In this document: positions 47,513 to 56,933 of the stretch, piece after piece
Layout of the letters: every line of letters begins with the position of its first letter
Position numbering within the stretch: the stretch's first letter is position 1
Source of the DNA: Thermoanaerobaculia bacterium
GTDB lineage: Bacteria > Acidobacteriota > Thermoanaerobaculia > Gp7-AA8
DNA length: 64,000 nucleotides
Direction: 5' to 3'
Assembly (NCBI GenBank): GCA_034664845.1
Contig: JAXDGW010000010.1
Coordinates: forward strand, 58,936-122,935
Program-made: the position numbers and the translations under genes
Notes under the pieces: generated by a model
Told to the model about the DNA's origin: nothing
Seen by the model: the letters and a program-made list of their open reading frames with translations, nothing else
Database searches by the model: none

Positions 47513-48285
47513 GAAGCGTCTCCTTCGCCTGCATATGGTGTCATACGTTCCCGCGCTCCCCGCCTGGCGATCAATCCGATCAGCGCGCCAAACAGGAAAC
47601 CGCCAACGTGCGCCCACCAGGCGATTCCCGTCACTTCCTGCGTGCGGTGCGCCGCCGCAATGGAGAGGAAACCGTTGAAAAACTGCATGCCGAACCAGAT
47701 CGGCAGAAAGATGACCGCGCGGATCTCGACCATCGCCCAGTAAACGATCAGCGGCAGCAGCGTGATGATGCGCGCCTTGGGACGAAGCACGAGAAACGCG
47801 CCGAGGATGCCGGCGATGCTGCCCGAGGCACCGATCGACGGCACGGTCGAGTGCGGAAAAAGCATCGCGTGCGTCAGGCTGCCGATCACACCGCAAATCA
47901 CGAAGAAGACGATGTAGCGGGTGTGTCCGAGCGCGTCCTCGACTGCGCCGCCGAAGACCCAGAGATAGATCATGTTGCCGATCAGATGGACGAACCCGCC
48001 ATGCAGAAACAGCGAGGTGACGAGCGTGATCAGCACTTCAAAGATCGAGTAGCCGTAAGCCGCCGGATGAAACAACCGGACCGGCACGAAACCGAAGATG
48101 TTGATCATCGTTTCCGTGCGGGACCCGAGGAGGAGTTGGGACAGGAAGACGATGCAGTTGGCGATGACGATGGCGCGATTGACGATCGGAGTCGTTCGCG
48201 GCGGAAGCGTGTGGCGGAGTGGGATCATGGTGTGGCACAGACAGTCCTGTCTGTGTCCAGAACTTCTAGCCCAAAGCCTTCCCAA
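47509..48285 (-). CDS. Rhomboid-family intramembrane serine protease
   Basis: [31 protein letters not shown] (GxSG catalytic Ser) and [13 protein letters not shown] (catalytic His). About 6 TM helices. It is overlap-coupled on both sides to sugar-nucleotide genes. Confidence 0.8.
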   Translation of the reverse strand: MGRLWARSSGHRQDCLCHTMIPLRHTLPPRTTPIVNRAIVIANCIVFLSQLLLGSRTETMINIFGFVPVRLFHPAAYGYSIFEVLITLVTSLFLHGGFVHLIGNMIYLWVFGGAVEDALGHTRYIVFFVICGVIGSLTHAMLFPHSTVPSIGASGSIAGILGAFLVLRPKARIITLLPLIVYWAMVEIRAVIFLPIWFGMQFFNGFLSIAAAHRTQEVTGIAWWAHVGGFLFGALIGLIARRGARERMTPYAGEGDAS

Positions 48286-49384
48286 TCTCCCGAACCACCT
48301 CCGCCATCTGATCCTTCGTCAGCTCCGGGAAAACAGGAATGGCCAGGGTCCCCGCGGCAGCCAGATCGGAATTCGGAAACTGGCCGCGCCCCGAGACATT
48401 GTCCGCAAAGCATTCCTGCTGCGGCAATGTCAGTGGGTAGTAAATGTCGCACCCGATGCCGGCACTCTTGAGGTGCGCCATGACGCTGTCTCGCTTCCCA
48501 CCCGTGAACCGGATCACGTACTGGTTGTAGACGTGATGCCGCCGCGGCAGCTCGCGCGGCAGAATCACGCGGTCGCCGAGGGCAGCATCGGCGAAGAGCT
48601 CCGCGTAGGTCGCGGCGTTACGCCGGCGTCCTTCCGCCCAGGCATCGAGGTGGGCCAGCTTGATGTGGAGAATCGCCGCCTGCAGCGCGTCGATGCGGAA
48701 GTTCCCTCCGAGGTAGCGGTGGTAGTACTTCGGCCGCATTCCATGGACGCGAAAGTCGATGAGTCGCTCGTAGGTCTCCTCGTCTTCGCAGGTCACGGCG
48801 CCGGCATCTCCGAACGCGCCGAGGTTCTTGGATGGGAAGAAGGAGAAGGCGGCCATCGTCCCGAGCACACCGGCGCGGCGACCGTCGTATTCGGCGCCGA
48901 CAGCCTGCGCCGCATCCTCGATCACTGCCAGCTTGTGTTTTGCAGCGATGCGATTGATCTCGTCCATCTCCGCGCATTGACCGTAGAGATGGACCGGCAT
49001 GATCGCCTTCGTAGCCGGCGTGATCAGAGGCTCGATGACTTTCGGATCGAGGTTGTAGTCCGCCAGGTCGACGTCGGCGAACACGGGAGTCGCGCCGAGG
49101 CGGTCAACGACTCCGGCGGTGGCGAAAAAGGAGTAGGCGGGAACGATGACTTCGTCGCCAGGTCCGACGCCGAGAACCATGAGCGCGATGAGCAGCGCAT
49201 CGGTGCCCGACGACACGCCGACGGCGTGTTTGCTGTGGCAATAGGCAGCAAAGTCGCGCTCGAAATCGTCGACACGTTTGCCGAGGATGAAGTACTGCGA
49301 TTCGTAGACCTCGTTGGTGACGCGGAGGACTTCGTCGCGAATCGTGGCGTACTGAAGTTTCAGATCGAGTAATGGGACGGGCAT
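48266..49384 (-). CDS. DegT/DnrJ/EryC1/StrS-family PLP-dependent sugar aminotransferase
   Basis: PLLDLKLQY...ILGKRVDDFERDFAAYCH and SFFPSKNLGAFGDAGA (PLP Lys). The ATG at 49382-49384 (MPVPLLDL) is the likely start. Confidence 0.8.
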   Translation of the reverse strand: MPVPLLDLKLQYATIRDEVLRVTNEVYESQYFILGKRVDDFERDFAAYCHSKHAVGVSSGTDALLIALMVLGVGPGDEVIVPAYSFFATAGVVDRLGATPVFADVDLADYNLDPKVIEPLITPATKAIMPVHLYGQCAEMDEINRIAAKHKLAVIEDAAQAVGAEYDGRRAGVLGTMAAFSFFPSKNLGAFGDAGAVTCEDEETYERLIDFRVHGMRPKYYHRYLGGNFRIDALQAAILHIKLAHLDAWAEGRRRNAATYAELFADAALGDRVILPRELPRRHHVYNQYVIRFTGGKRDSVMAHLKSAGIGCDIYYPLTLPQQECFADNVSGRGQFPNSDLAAAGTLAIPVFPELTKDQMAEVVREIGKALG

Positions 49385-49424
49385 ATCGGGCGGAGTATAT
49401 CGAGCGGGTGAGAGAACCGTTTCA

Positions 49425-49478
49425 CGCGAAGCCGCGAAGAACACGAAGAAACTCTTTCGCGACTTCGCGACTTCGCGT
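49425..49478. repeat. Tandem-octamer palindromic element (CGCGAAGN x3 and inverted partner) in the DegT / secreted-protein divergent intergenic region
   Basis: cgcgaagccgcgaagaacacgaag ... ttcgcgacttcgcgacttcgcg. Three 8-nt units on each arm, and the arms are reverse-complementary. Confidence 0.55.
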
Positions 49479-49677
49479 GAGTGGTTCCCAACGCTTTCAC
49501 GACTCCCCCCGTATCACCAACGCCAAACGCACACGAATGCGGCCGCCATCGCGGTCGTACGTGTGCGTTTTGCGTATCGATCTAAACGGCTTTGTTTTCA
49601 ATGCTTTGACCGCATAAATTCATAGACGTTCTTTTTCGTGACGGCGTACCAGAGCGCAACTAACGAAGGAGAACCGA

Positions 49678-50748
49678 ATGAACATCAAACGCATCCTCAC
49701 CACCACCATCGCAGCACTCTTTCCACTCGTCGCCGCCGCCACCACACTCATCATCCCGGCCTCGGGGACGGTCCAGGGAGTCGACAACAGCCATTGGCAG
49801 ACGGAGCTGACGCTGCACAACACGAGCGCCAGCGCGATCGCCGCAACGCTCACGTTTCATGACGCCGCCGGCGCCGCGGAAACATCGATCGTCAACGTTC
49901 CGCCGCGTGCCACCGTCGCCCTTGCTGACGTCGTCGCCAACCGCTTCGGACGCCAGAGCGCGACGGGCGCGATCGAGATCACGTTCGACAGCGCCTTCGC
50001 CCAGAAGCTGAGCGTAGCCTCGCGGACATTCAACAAGTTACCGTCGGGCGAGTTCGGCCAGGACATTCCCGCCGTCGATGCGTCCACCGCAGCCGCGGCC
50101 GGCAACACCATCGTCCTCGGCGGACCATCCTCCACAGCCAGCGCGCGCTTCAACTTCGGCGTCTACGCGGTGAACGCCGCCGCCGTACGATGGGATCTCA
50201 TCCGCGCCGACGGCAGCATCGCCGCGTCGACGGAAGTCTCCTACGCGGCTGGCTCGCAGCGGCAGTACAACGACGGCGTCACGACTCTGTTCAACAGCAC
50301 CTCCGCGGACAACGACACGGTTCACGCAGTCGTTATGAGCGGGAAGGCCATCGCCTTTGGCAGCGTCGTGAACAATCAATCCGGCGATCCGACGTACGTG
50401 CCGGGACTGCTCGCCCGCTCCGATCTGCGCATCAACTTTGTGGGCGTCTCGTTCGGCGACACGGGAGCGATCGATGTGGCAGATGGCAATCATGACGGTG
50501 TGCTGGACCGCTCCGTCGACATCCAGACCGGTACGTGGCCGGTGGCCTTCCGTGTCGTCGTCAACTCGGCCAGCGTCGCGACGTTCGAGCTGGTGAATCC
50601 GCCAGCGGACGTGAAGTTCTTCGACGCACACGGTGGCATCGTCTGGACTCCGCGAGCATCGGCGGCAGGCACGAGCCCGACGCTCACGCTTCGCGTCACG
50701 GCGGACGGATCAACCGAGATCATCACGATTCCGGTCAATCTGCGGTAA
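49678..50748 (+). CDS. Secreted hypothetical protein (no recognisable family)
   Basis: Signal peptide MNIKRILTTTIAALFPLVAAATT. The body is Ala/Ser/Thr/Val-rich and beta-like. RBS ggagaaccgaATG. Followed by an intrinsic terminator. Confidence 0.55.
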   Translation: MNIKRILTTTIAALFPLVAAATTLIIPASGTVQGVDNSHWQTELTLHNTSASAIAATLTFHDAAGAAETSIVNVPPRATVALADVVANRFGRQSATGAIEITFDSAFAQKLSVASRTFNKLPSGEFGQDIPAVDASTAAAAGNTIVLGGPSSTASARFNFGVYAVNAAAVRWDLIRADGSIAASTEVSYAAGSQRQYNDGVTTLFNSTSADNDTVHAVVMSGKAIAFGSVVNNQSGDPTYVPGLLARSDLRINFVGVSFGDTGAIDVADGNHDGVLDRSVDIQTGTWPVAFRVVVNSASVATFELVNPPADVKFFDAHGGIVWTPRASAAGTSPTLTLRVTADGSTEIITIPVNLR

Positions 50749-50756
50749 TCCTCGCG

Positions 50757-50787
50757 AGGGACGGGGGGAAACTCTCGTCCCTTTTTG
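50757..50787 (+). terminator. Rho-independent terminator (agggacg-N12-cgtccct-TTTTT)
   Basis: A 7-bp GC stem immediately after the stop of 49678..50748, followed by a T5 run. A second 16-bp-stem hairpin at 50803-50863 lies between it and the convergent tyrS. Confidence 0.7.
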
Positions 50788-50872
50788 AATCAAAACCATG
50801 CACCACAGAGGCGCAGAGAGCACAGAGAAATGATTAAACTCTGTGACCTCTGCGCCTCTGTGGTTCAAATCA

Positions 50873-52090
50873 TCAGCCGAACACGATCTTCGCGAAGCGC
50901 CGCTTTCCGACCTTCAGCACATACGACTTTCCGCTCGACGCATCGAGCGTTGCGCGCGGGTCGCTCACCTTCGCATCATCGACGAGCACGCCGCCCTGCG
51001 CGATCACACGCTGCGCATCTTTGTTCGACTCGGAGAGACCGGCCTGCACGATGACTTTCGATAGCAATTGCGCCTCGGCCGCGGCAGGCAGCGTCGTCTC
51101 CTCGATCTCCGCCGGCGCCTGTCTCTCGCTGAACACCCTCCGAAACTCCGCCTCGGCGGCATCAGCAGCAGCGGCGTCGTCGTGAAAGTCGCGAATGATC
51201 GACTTGGCCAGCTCGCGCTTGGCCTCCATCGGATGCAGCGCTCCCGACTCGACTTCGCTCCGTTTCTCCGCGATCGCGGCGGGCGTCAAATCGGTGCAGA
51301 GCGTGTAGTACTTCCACATCAGATCGTCGGAGATCGACATCACTTTCCCGAAGATCGAGCCGGGCTCTTCGTGGATGCCGATGTAGTTGCTGAGCGACTT
51401 CGACATCTTCTCGATGCCGTCGAGTCCTTCGAGCAACGGCATGGTGATGACGACTTGCGGCTCGAGGTTGTACTCGCGCATCAGATCGCGGCCGACCAGC
51501 AGGTTGAAGAGTTGATCGGTTCCGCCCATCTCCACGTCGCACTTCAACGCGACCGAGTCGTATCCCTGCGCAAGTGGATAGAGAAGCTCGTGGATGGCGA
51601 TCGGTTGATGCGCGTCGAATCGTTTGCGGAAATCGTCCCGCTCGAGGATGCGCGCCAGCGTGTACTTCGCCGCGAGGCGCACCATTCCTTCCGCGCCGAG
51701 GGCGCCGAGCCACTCGGAGTTGAAACGTATCTCGGTCGTGGCCGGATCGAGGATTTTGAAGACCTGCTGCTTGTAGGTCTCGGCGTTCGCCAGCACTTCC
51801 TCTTTCGAAAGCGCCGGACGCGTAGCCTTCTTGCCGGTCGGATCGCCGATGAGTCCCGTGAAATCGCCGATCAGAAAAATGACGCGATGCCCGAGCTGCT
51901 GGAAGTGCTTCATCTTCCTGATGACGACGGTGTGCCCGAGGTGGATATCTGGCGCCGTCGGATCGAATCCGACCTTGATCGTCAGCGGCTTCCCGCGCGC
52001 CAGCTTGGTCTTGAGGTCCTTGCGTTCGATAAAGTCGACCGTCCCCTTGCCGAGAAAGTCGAGTTGTTCGTCGAGTGTCATGGCGCGCAT
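50873..52090 (-). CDS. tyrS: Tyrosine--tRNA ligase
   Basis: HIGH motif (PDIHLGH), KMSKS motif and a C-terminal S4 domain. 405 aa. Confidence 0.9.
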   Translation of the reverse strand: MRAMTLDEQLDFLGKGTVDFIERKDLKTKLARGKPLTIKVGFDPTAPDIHLGHTVVIRKMKHFQQLGHRVIFLIGDFTGLIGDPTGKKATRPALSKEEVLANAETYKQQVFKILDPATTEIRFNSEWLGALGAEGMVRLAAKYTLARILERDDFRKRFDAHQPIAIHELLYPLAQGYDSVALKCDVEMGGTDQLFNLLVGRDLMREYNLEPQVVITMPLLEGLDGIEKMSKSLSNYIGIHEEPGSIFGKVMSISDDLMWKYYTLCTDLTPAAIAEKRSEVESGALHPMEAKRELAKSIIRDFHDDAAAADAAEAEFRRVFSERQAPAEIEETTLPAAAEAQLLSKVIVQAGLSESNKDAQRVIAQGGVLVDDAKVSDPRATLDASSGKSYVLKVGKRRFAKIVFG

Positions 52091-52102
52091 TGTAGCGGCG
52101 GT

Positions 52103-52290
52103 AGCGAGGTCGCGAGGTTTGCGGGGTCGCGCAGTGGTTGCTGGGTTGCTGAGTTGGCGAGTTGGCGTGTATGGGCGATCTTCGTCGCGCCGAGCTTATA
52201 GATGCCGACCGAGCAACCAAGCAACCTGGCAACTCAGCAACCCAAACCGCGACCCCGAGACCGCGAGCCCCCGCGACCGCATTTGACAGC
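52103..52290. repeat. ~190-bp imperfect palindromic element built from tandem octamers, in the tyrS/hisZ divergent intergenic region
   Basis: Left arm gcgaggtc|gcgaggtt|tgcggggt|cgcgcagt|ggttgctg|ggttgctg|agttggcg|agttggcg. Right arm caaccaag|caacctgg|caactcag|caacccaa|accgcgac|cccgagac|cgcgagcc|cccgcgac. The arms are reverse-complementary (for example ggggtcgcg/cgcgacccc and gttgctgagttg/caactcagcaac). Confidence 0.6.
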
Positions 52291-52467
52291 CACCGCTCCC
52301 GTCTCTACACTCCGCAAACTCAATGAGCACCCACGTCGCCCAGCAGCACCATCATCACCACAGCTAGGGGTGCCGTGCGCGCCCCGATCGGACGAGGGGC
52401 GCTCAGCGACGATACGTAGCCAACTGACCTGAACCTCTTCCGATTTCGAGAAGAGGTTTTTGAGTTT

Positions 52468-53349
52468 ATGGCCACGAAATCGAGATACCCGACAGGTGTA
52501 CGGCCGCTCTTGGCCGAGGAGACCGCGCGCCGCCGGCGGATGGAATCGCGCTTCGTCGATGCATTCACCGGCGCCGGCTTTGCCGAAGTCGTGCTTCCGA
52601 TCATCGATTATGTCGAGCCGTACGCAGCGCTGGTCGAGCCTGCGACGGCAAAGCAGAGCTATCGATTCGTCGACCGCGAAGGCGACCTGATCGCCATCCG
52701 CTCCGACTTCACGCCGATGCTGGCTCGCGCGCTCGCGCCTGCGATCACGCCCGAGGATCTGCCGATGCGGCTCTTCTACCGCGGCGATGTCATCCGCGTC
52801 GAAGCCTCCCGCCTCGGCGCCAACCGGGAGTTGTTCCAGATCGGCGCGGAGATCGTCGGCGACGACTCCATCGACGCCGATGTAGCGATGCTGCGGCTGG
52901 CGGCCGATCTCGTGCGCGCTCCCGGCGACGAGCCGACGGTCGTCTACAACGACGTCTCGATCGCTGCCGCGTTGATCGCGCAGTCGGCGCCTGTTCGTGA
53001 AGCGCTGGCGGCGAAGCGGATGACCGCGGGAGTGCCTGCTGCCTTACAAACAATCGTCGCGAAACTGATCTCCGGCGACGCGACGTTGAGCGATGTTGCG
53101 CCGTTCGCGCCTGAGGCGGCGGCGAGGTTGTCGGCGATCGAGGAAGCGGTCGCCGGCGACAGCATCTTCACGTTGCACCTCGACGACATCGAAGACAGCG
53201 GCTACTACACTGGCCTTCGCTTTCGCGTCTACGCCGGCGGCGCGCGCACGAAGGTTGCGCAGGGCGGGCGGTACGACAACCTCTACGAACGCTTCGGCCA
53301 GCGCGCCGCGGCGATCGGATTCACCTTCACGATCGACGACCTGGATTGA
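52468..53349 (+). CDS. hisZ: ATP phosphoribosyltransferase regulatory subunit
   Basis: HisRS-like catalytic core without an anticodon-binding domain. 293 aa. Directly precedes a short-form hisG. Confidence 0.85.
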   Translation: MATKSRYPTGVRPLLAEETARRRRMESRFVDAFTGAGFAEVVLPIIDYVEPYAALVEPATAKQSYRFVDREGDLIAIRSDFTPMLARALAPAITPEDLPMRLFYRGDVIRVEASRLGANRELFQIGAEIVGDDSIDADVAMLRLAADLVRAPGDEPTVVYNDVSIAAALIAQSAPVREALAAKRMTAGVPAALQTIVAKLISGDATLSDVAPFAPEAAARLSAIEEAVAGDSIFTLHLDDIEDSGYYTGLRFRVYAGGARTKVAQGGRYDNLYERFGQRAAAIGFTFTIDDLD

Positions 53350-53354
53350 ACGAT

Positions 53355-53963
53355 ATGCGCATTGCGATACCGAAAGGACGGCTGCAGGAGAAGGCGCTCG
53401 CCGTCTTCGCCAACGCCGGCTACGACGTGCCTTCCGAGGCGGATCTGAAGACGCGGAAACTCGTGTTCGAGCGCGGCGGCATCGAATGGATCTTCGTCAA
53501 AGATGGTGACGTACCGGTCTACGTCGAGCATGGCGCCGCCGACGCAGGCATCGCCGGACTCGATCAGATCCTCGAGCACGAATGCACCGCCTATCAGCCG
53601 GTCGAGTTTCCGTTCGGCCACTGCAGGATGATGCTGATCGCCGCGCCGGGCGCGCCTCCGCTGACGAAAGTGGCCACGAAGTATCCGCGCATCACGCGGC
53701 AGTTCCTCGACGCGCGCGGCGTTCACGCGGAGATCGTCCCGCTGAGCGGCTCCGTCGAGCTCGCGGCGGTGCTGAACCTCACGTCGCACGTCGTCGATCT
53801 CGTCGAGACCGGCGAGACCGTGCGCATTCACAAACTGGAGATGCAGGAAGTGGTCGCGGAGATTTCGCCGCGGCTGATCGTCGGAAAGAACTTCTATCGC
53901 ACGGAACCGAAGATGGTGAGAGAACTGATCAACAGAATTGAGGAGAAAGTCCTGTCATCCTGA
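53355..53963 (+). CDS. hisG: ATP phosphoribosyltransferase, short form
   Basis: MRIAIPKGRLQEKAL...ADAGIAGLDQILEH. About 200 aa with no C-terminal regulatory domain. The ATG at 53355 is preferred over the TTG at 53346. Confidence 0.85.
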   Translation: MRIAIPKGRLQEKALAVFANAGYDVPSEADLKTRKLVFERGGIEWIFVKDGDVPVYVEHGAADAGIAGLDQILEHECTAYQPVEFPFGHCRMMLIAAPGAPPLTKVATKYPRITRQFLDARGVHAEIVPLSGSVELAAVLNLTSHVVDLVETGETVRIHKLEMQEVVAEISPRLIVGKNFYRTEPKMVRELINRIEEKVLSS

Positions 53964-53991
53964 GGCGCCTTGGCGGCTCAGGATGACATCA
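53951..53991. repeat. Short palindromic element with TGTCATCCTGAG / CTCAGGATGACA inverted termini at the hisG-hisD junction
   Basis: cctgtcatcctgag-gcgccttggcgg-ctcaggatgacatc. The left arm encodes the last codons and stop of hisG. The same termini bound the 163-bp element at 59570..59732. Confidence 0.65.
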
Positions 53992-53999
53992 AAATCCAA

Positions 54000-55193
54000 A
54001 TGCGAGTCTTTAACGCAAACACCCCCGAATCCGACGCCGCCTTGCGCGCGATTCTCGATCGCCGCAGCGCCACGAACGAGAACGCGTTGCGCGTGGCCGA
54101 CGAGATGATCGCCGGCGTCCGCGCTCGCGGCGATGGGTATGTGGCCGAGGTCATCGCGAAGTTTGACGGCGTGACGATTGGGCCGGACGCGATCCGGACT
54201 ACGCCGCGCGAGGTCACGATTTCGACCGAGATGCAGGCAGCCATCGATCTCGCCATCGACCGCGTCGAAGCGTTCCACCGGCCGCAGCTTCCGCAGTCGT
54301 ACACGCTTGGCAATCTCGAGCATCGCGTGCGGCCGATCCGACGCGTCGGCGTCTATGTGCCGGGCGGACGCGCCGTTTACCTCTCGACGCTGATCATGAC
54401 CGCGGTCCCGGCGCGCATTGCGGGAGTCGACGAGATCGTCTGCATCACAACTTCTTCTGCTGCAGATCGCGACGAGCTTCATTACGTTTGCAACCGCCTC
54501 GGCGTCCGCGAAATCTATCGCTGCGGCGGCGCGGCAGGCGTCGCCGCGGCGGCGATCGGAACGCAATCTCTCGCTCGCGTCGACAAGATCGTCGGGCCGG
54601 GCAACGCCTACGTCACCGCCGCGAAAATGCGCCTCATCGGCGAGGTGGGAATCGACATGACCGCCGGCCCGACCGAGCTGGTGGTCATCGCCGACGACAC
54701 TGCCGACGCACGATTCGTCGTCGCCGATTTGCTCGCGCAAGCGGAGCACGGCGCCGATTCGGAAGTCATCCTTCTGACGACTTCGCAAACGCTGGCCGCG
54801 CAAATGCCGGAGCGCGCGCTCACATTCGTCGTCGCCTCGCTCGACGACGCGATCGTGATCGCCGACCGCATCGCGCCGGAGCATCTCTCCATTCACACCC
54901 GCGATGCGGCAGCGATCGGAGCGCGTGTCCAAAACTGCGGCGCCATCTTCTGCGGTCCGTTCGCGCCGCCCGCGGCCGGCGATTACGTCGTCGGGACGAA
55001 TCACGTGCTCCCCACCGCCGGCAGCGCGCGTTTCTTCTCCCCCCTCGGCGTCTACGATTTCGTCAAGCGCGCCAACGTCATCTCCCTCTCCGCCGAAGAG
55101 CTTGCGGAAATCAGCGATGCCGGCGAACGGATCGCCACGTTCGAAGGACTGCCCGCTCACGCCGCATCGATGGCCATCAGGAGGACCGCATGA
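54000..55193 (+). CDS. hisD: Histidinol dehydrogenase
   Basis: Full HisD with Zn/NAD motifs. The ATG at 54000 (MRVFNANTPES...) places ARGD at the position seen in E. coli HisD. The ORF track starts at the TTG at 53970. Confidence 0.9.
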   Translation: MRVFNANTPESDAALRAILDRRSATNENALRVADEMIAGVRARGDGYVAEVIAKFDGVTIGPDAIRTTPREVTISTEMQAAIDLAIDRVEAFHRPQLPQSYTLGNLEHRVRPIRRVGVYVPGGRAVYLSTLIMTAVPARIAGVDEIVCITTSSAADRDELHYVCNRLGVREIYRCGGAAGVAAAAIGTQSLARVDKIVGPGNAYVTAAKMRLIGEVGIDMTAGPTELVVIADDTADARFVVADLLAQAEHGADSEVILLTTSQTLAAQMPERALTFVVASLDDAIVIADRIAPEHLSIHTRDAAAIGARVQNCGAIFCGPFAPPAAGDYVVGTNHVLPTAGSARFFSPLGVYDFVKRANVISLSAEELAEISDAGERIATFEGLPAHAASMAIRRTA

Positions 55194-56230
55194 GTCGCGC
55201 TGTCGTCGCCGCCATGACCGCCTACACGCTGGAGTTGCGTGAGGCCGAGATCAAGCTGAATCAGAACGAGAGTCCGAGCGATTTTCCGCAGGAGCTCAAG
55301 GAGAGAGTTCTCGCCGAGATGGCGCGGCGCTCGTGGAACATCTATCCCGACTTCGAGTCGATGATGCTTCGCGGCGCGCTGGCGAAGGCGTACGGCTACG
55401 AAGCCGCGAACATTCTCGTCGGCAACGGCTCGAACGAGCTGCTTGCCGCGACGATCCCGACGTTTGTCGGCCCCGGAACGCCGGTCGTTTTTCCGAAGCC
55501 GACGTTTGCGCTGTACGAAAAACTCGTCGCCGTCGCCGGCGGCATCGCGCTGCCCGTCGCGGTCGATCCCTCGACGGGACTGCTGCCGCTCGACGAGATG
55601 CTCCGCGCCATCGCCCGCTGCGACGACGCTGTCGTCATCGTCTGTTCGCCGAACAATCCAACGGGCGGCGTGCTGCCGGACGGCGGGATCGACGCGCTCC
55701 TCGCCACCGGCGCGACCGTGCTTTTCGATCGCGCGTACGGCGATTTTGCCGAGGATGTGATGCCGGAGCTGAACGACCGGCTGGTGACGTTCTCGACGTT
55801 CTCGAAAGCGTGGGGAATGGCCGGATTGCGCGTCGGCTGGCTCGCGTCGACGGCATCGACCTGCCGCGAGATCCGCAAAGTGAAACTCCCCTACTCGCTG
55901 AACATCGTCAGCGAATACGCCGCCGCGACGGCGCTCGAGAACGGCGAGATCCGTACGCGCAACGTCGCCGCCACGATCGCCGAGCGCGCGCGGATGTTCG
56001 CGGCGATGCAGCAAATCGACGGCGTGACGCCGTTCCCATCGCGCTCGAACTTCATCGCGTTCACGACACAGCGCGACGCGAAGGAAGTCTTCAACGCGCT
56101 GCACGCCAGCGGCATCCTTATCCGCGACATCAGCGCCGCGGTCCCGAACGCGCTGCGCGTTTCGGTCGGGACGCCGGCACACAACGACGCATTCCTCACC
56201 GCTCTCGATCAAACAATGAAGCAGGAGTAA
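55190..56230 (+). CDS. hisC: Histidinol-phosphate aminotransferase
   Basis: Class II aminotransferase with PLP-Lys region FSTFSKAWGMAGLRVGW. The ATG at 55190 overlaps the hisD TGA (ATGA). The ORF track embeds it in a longer artefactual ORF, 54488..56230. Confidence 0.9.
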   Translation: MSRAVVAAMTAYTLELREAEIKLNQNESPSDFPQELKERVLAEMARRSWNIYPDFESMMLRGALAKAYGYEAANILVGNGSNELLAATIPTFVGPGTPVVFPKPTFALYEKLVAVAGGIALPVAVDPSTGLLPLDEMLRAIARCDDAVVIVCSPNNPTGGVLPDGGIDALLATGATVLFDRAYGDFAEDVMPELNDRLVTFSTFSKAWGMAGLRVGWLASTASTCREIRKVKLPYSLNIVSEYAAATALENGEIRTRNVAATIAERARMFAAMQQIDGVTPFPSRSNFIAFTTQRDAKEVFNALHASGILIRDISAAVPNALRVSVGTPAHNDAFLTALDQTMKQE

Positions 56231-56233
56231 CCG

Positions 56234-56824
56234 ATGCGACAAGCAACCATTACCCGCACCACCAAAGAAACCAACGTCGCGGTCACGCTCGATCTGGACG
56301 GCGACGGCACGCATTCGAAGATCGACACTCCCGTCGGTTTTCTGTCGCACATGCTCGACGTCATCGCGCGCCACGGCCGCGTCGATCTCGACATCGTCTC
56401 CACCGGCGACACGCACATTGACTATCACCACACGGTCGAAGACACCGCCCTCGTCCTCGGCGAAGCCTTCGCCCAGGCCCTCGGCGACAAGCGCGGCATC
56501 CGCCGTTTCGGCCACGCCTACGTTCCGCTGGACGAAGCGCTGGCGCGCGTCGTCGTCGACTTCGCGGGCCGGCCTTTTCTCGTCTTCGACGTCCCTTTCG
56601 ACCGCGAGATGCTCCTCATCCACAAGGATTTTCCCTTCGCACTCGTCGAGGAGTTCTTCAAGTCGTTCGCGAACAAATGCGCCTGCAACATCCACGTCGA
56701 TCTCATTCGCGGCCGCAACGGCCATCACGCCGCCGAGGCGATTTTCAAGGCGTTCGCGATCGCGCTGCGCGAGGCGAAGAGCGTGGTTGGGAGCGAGATT
56801 CCGAGCACGAAGGGTGTGATTTAA
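56234..56824 (+). CDS. hisB: Imidazoleglycerol-phosphate dehydratase
   Basis: TKETNVAVTLDLDG...HHTVEDTALVLG...HHAAEAIFKA. Monofunctional, 196 aa. Confidence 0.9.
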   Translation: MRQATITRTTKETNVAVTLDLDGDGTHSKIDTPVGFLSHMLDVIARHGRVDLDIVSTGDTHIDYHHTVEDTALVLGEAFAQALGDKRGIRRFGHAYVPLDEALARVVVDFAGRPFLVFDVPFDREMLLIHKDFPFALVEEFFKSFANKCACNIHVDLIRGRNGHHAAEAIFKAFAIALREAKSVVGSEIPSTKGVI

Positions 56825-56927
56825 CGAAAGGGGTCAGGTCGAAACCGAAACTGACGACGGCCATCGATGAACCACTCGCTCTACTCAAGCTCGTCGTCAG
56901 TTTCGGTTTCGACCTGACCCCTTTCGC
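56825..56927. repeat. 103-bp palindromic element (35-bp perfect arms) between hisB and hisH
   Basis: cgaaaggggtcaggtcgaaaccgaaactgacgacg - 33-nt loop - cgtcgtcagtttcggtttcgacctgacccctttcg. It starts 1 nt after the hisB stop, and hisH starts 7 nt after it ends. Confidence 0.7.
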
Positions 56928-56933
56928 TAACCC

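Noticed and set aside
46604-47896. 430-aa ORF implying an extended RmlA
   Set aside because: The first ~128 aa are Arg-rich out-of-context sequence overlapping the rhomboid gene. A canonical RmlA N-terminus ([14 protein letters not shown]) follows a TTG at 47510-47512.
50803-50863. Second hairpin after the secreted-protein gene as a separate regulatory RNA
   Set aside because: It lies between convergent genes (49678..50748 plus strand, tyrS minus strand) and is most simply the tyrS-side half of a bidirectional terminator region. There is no evidence for more.
54488-56230. 580-aa ORF suggesting a hisD-hisC fusion
   Set aside because: The N-terminal 230 aa are an Arg-rich alternative frame across hisD. 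hisC starts at the ATG at 55190, which overlaps the hisD stop. The only genuine fusion in the operon is hisA-hisF.
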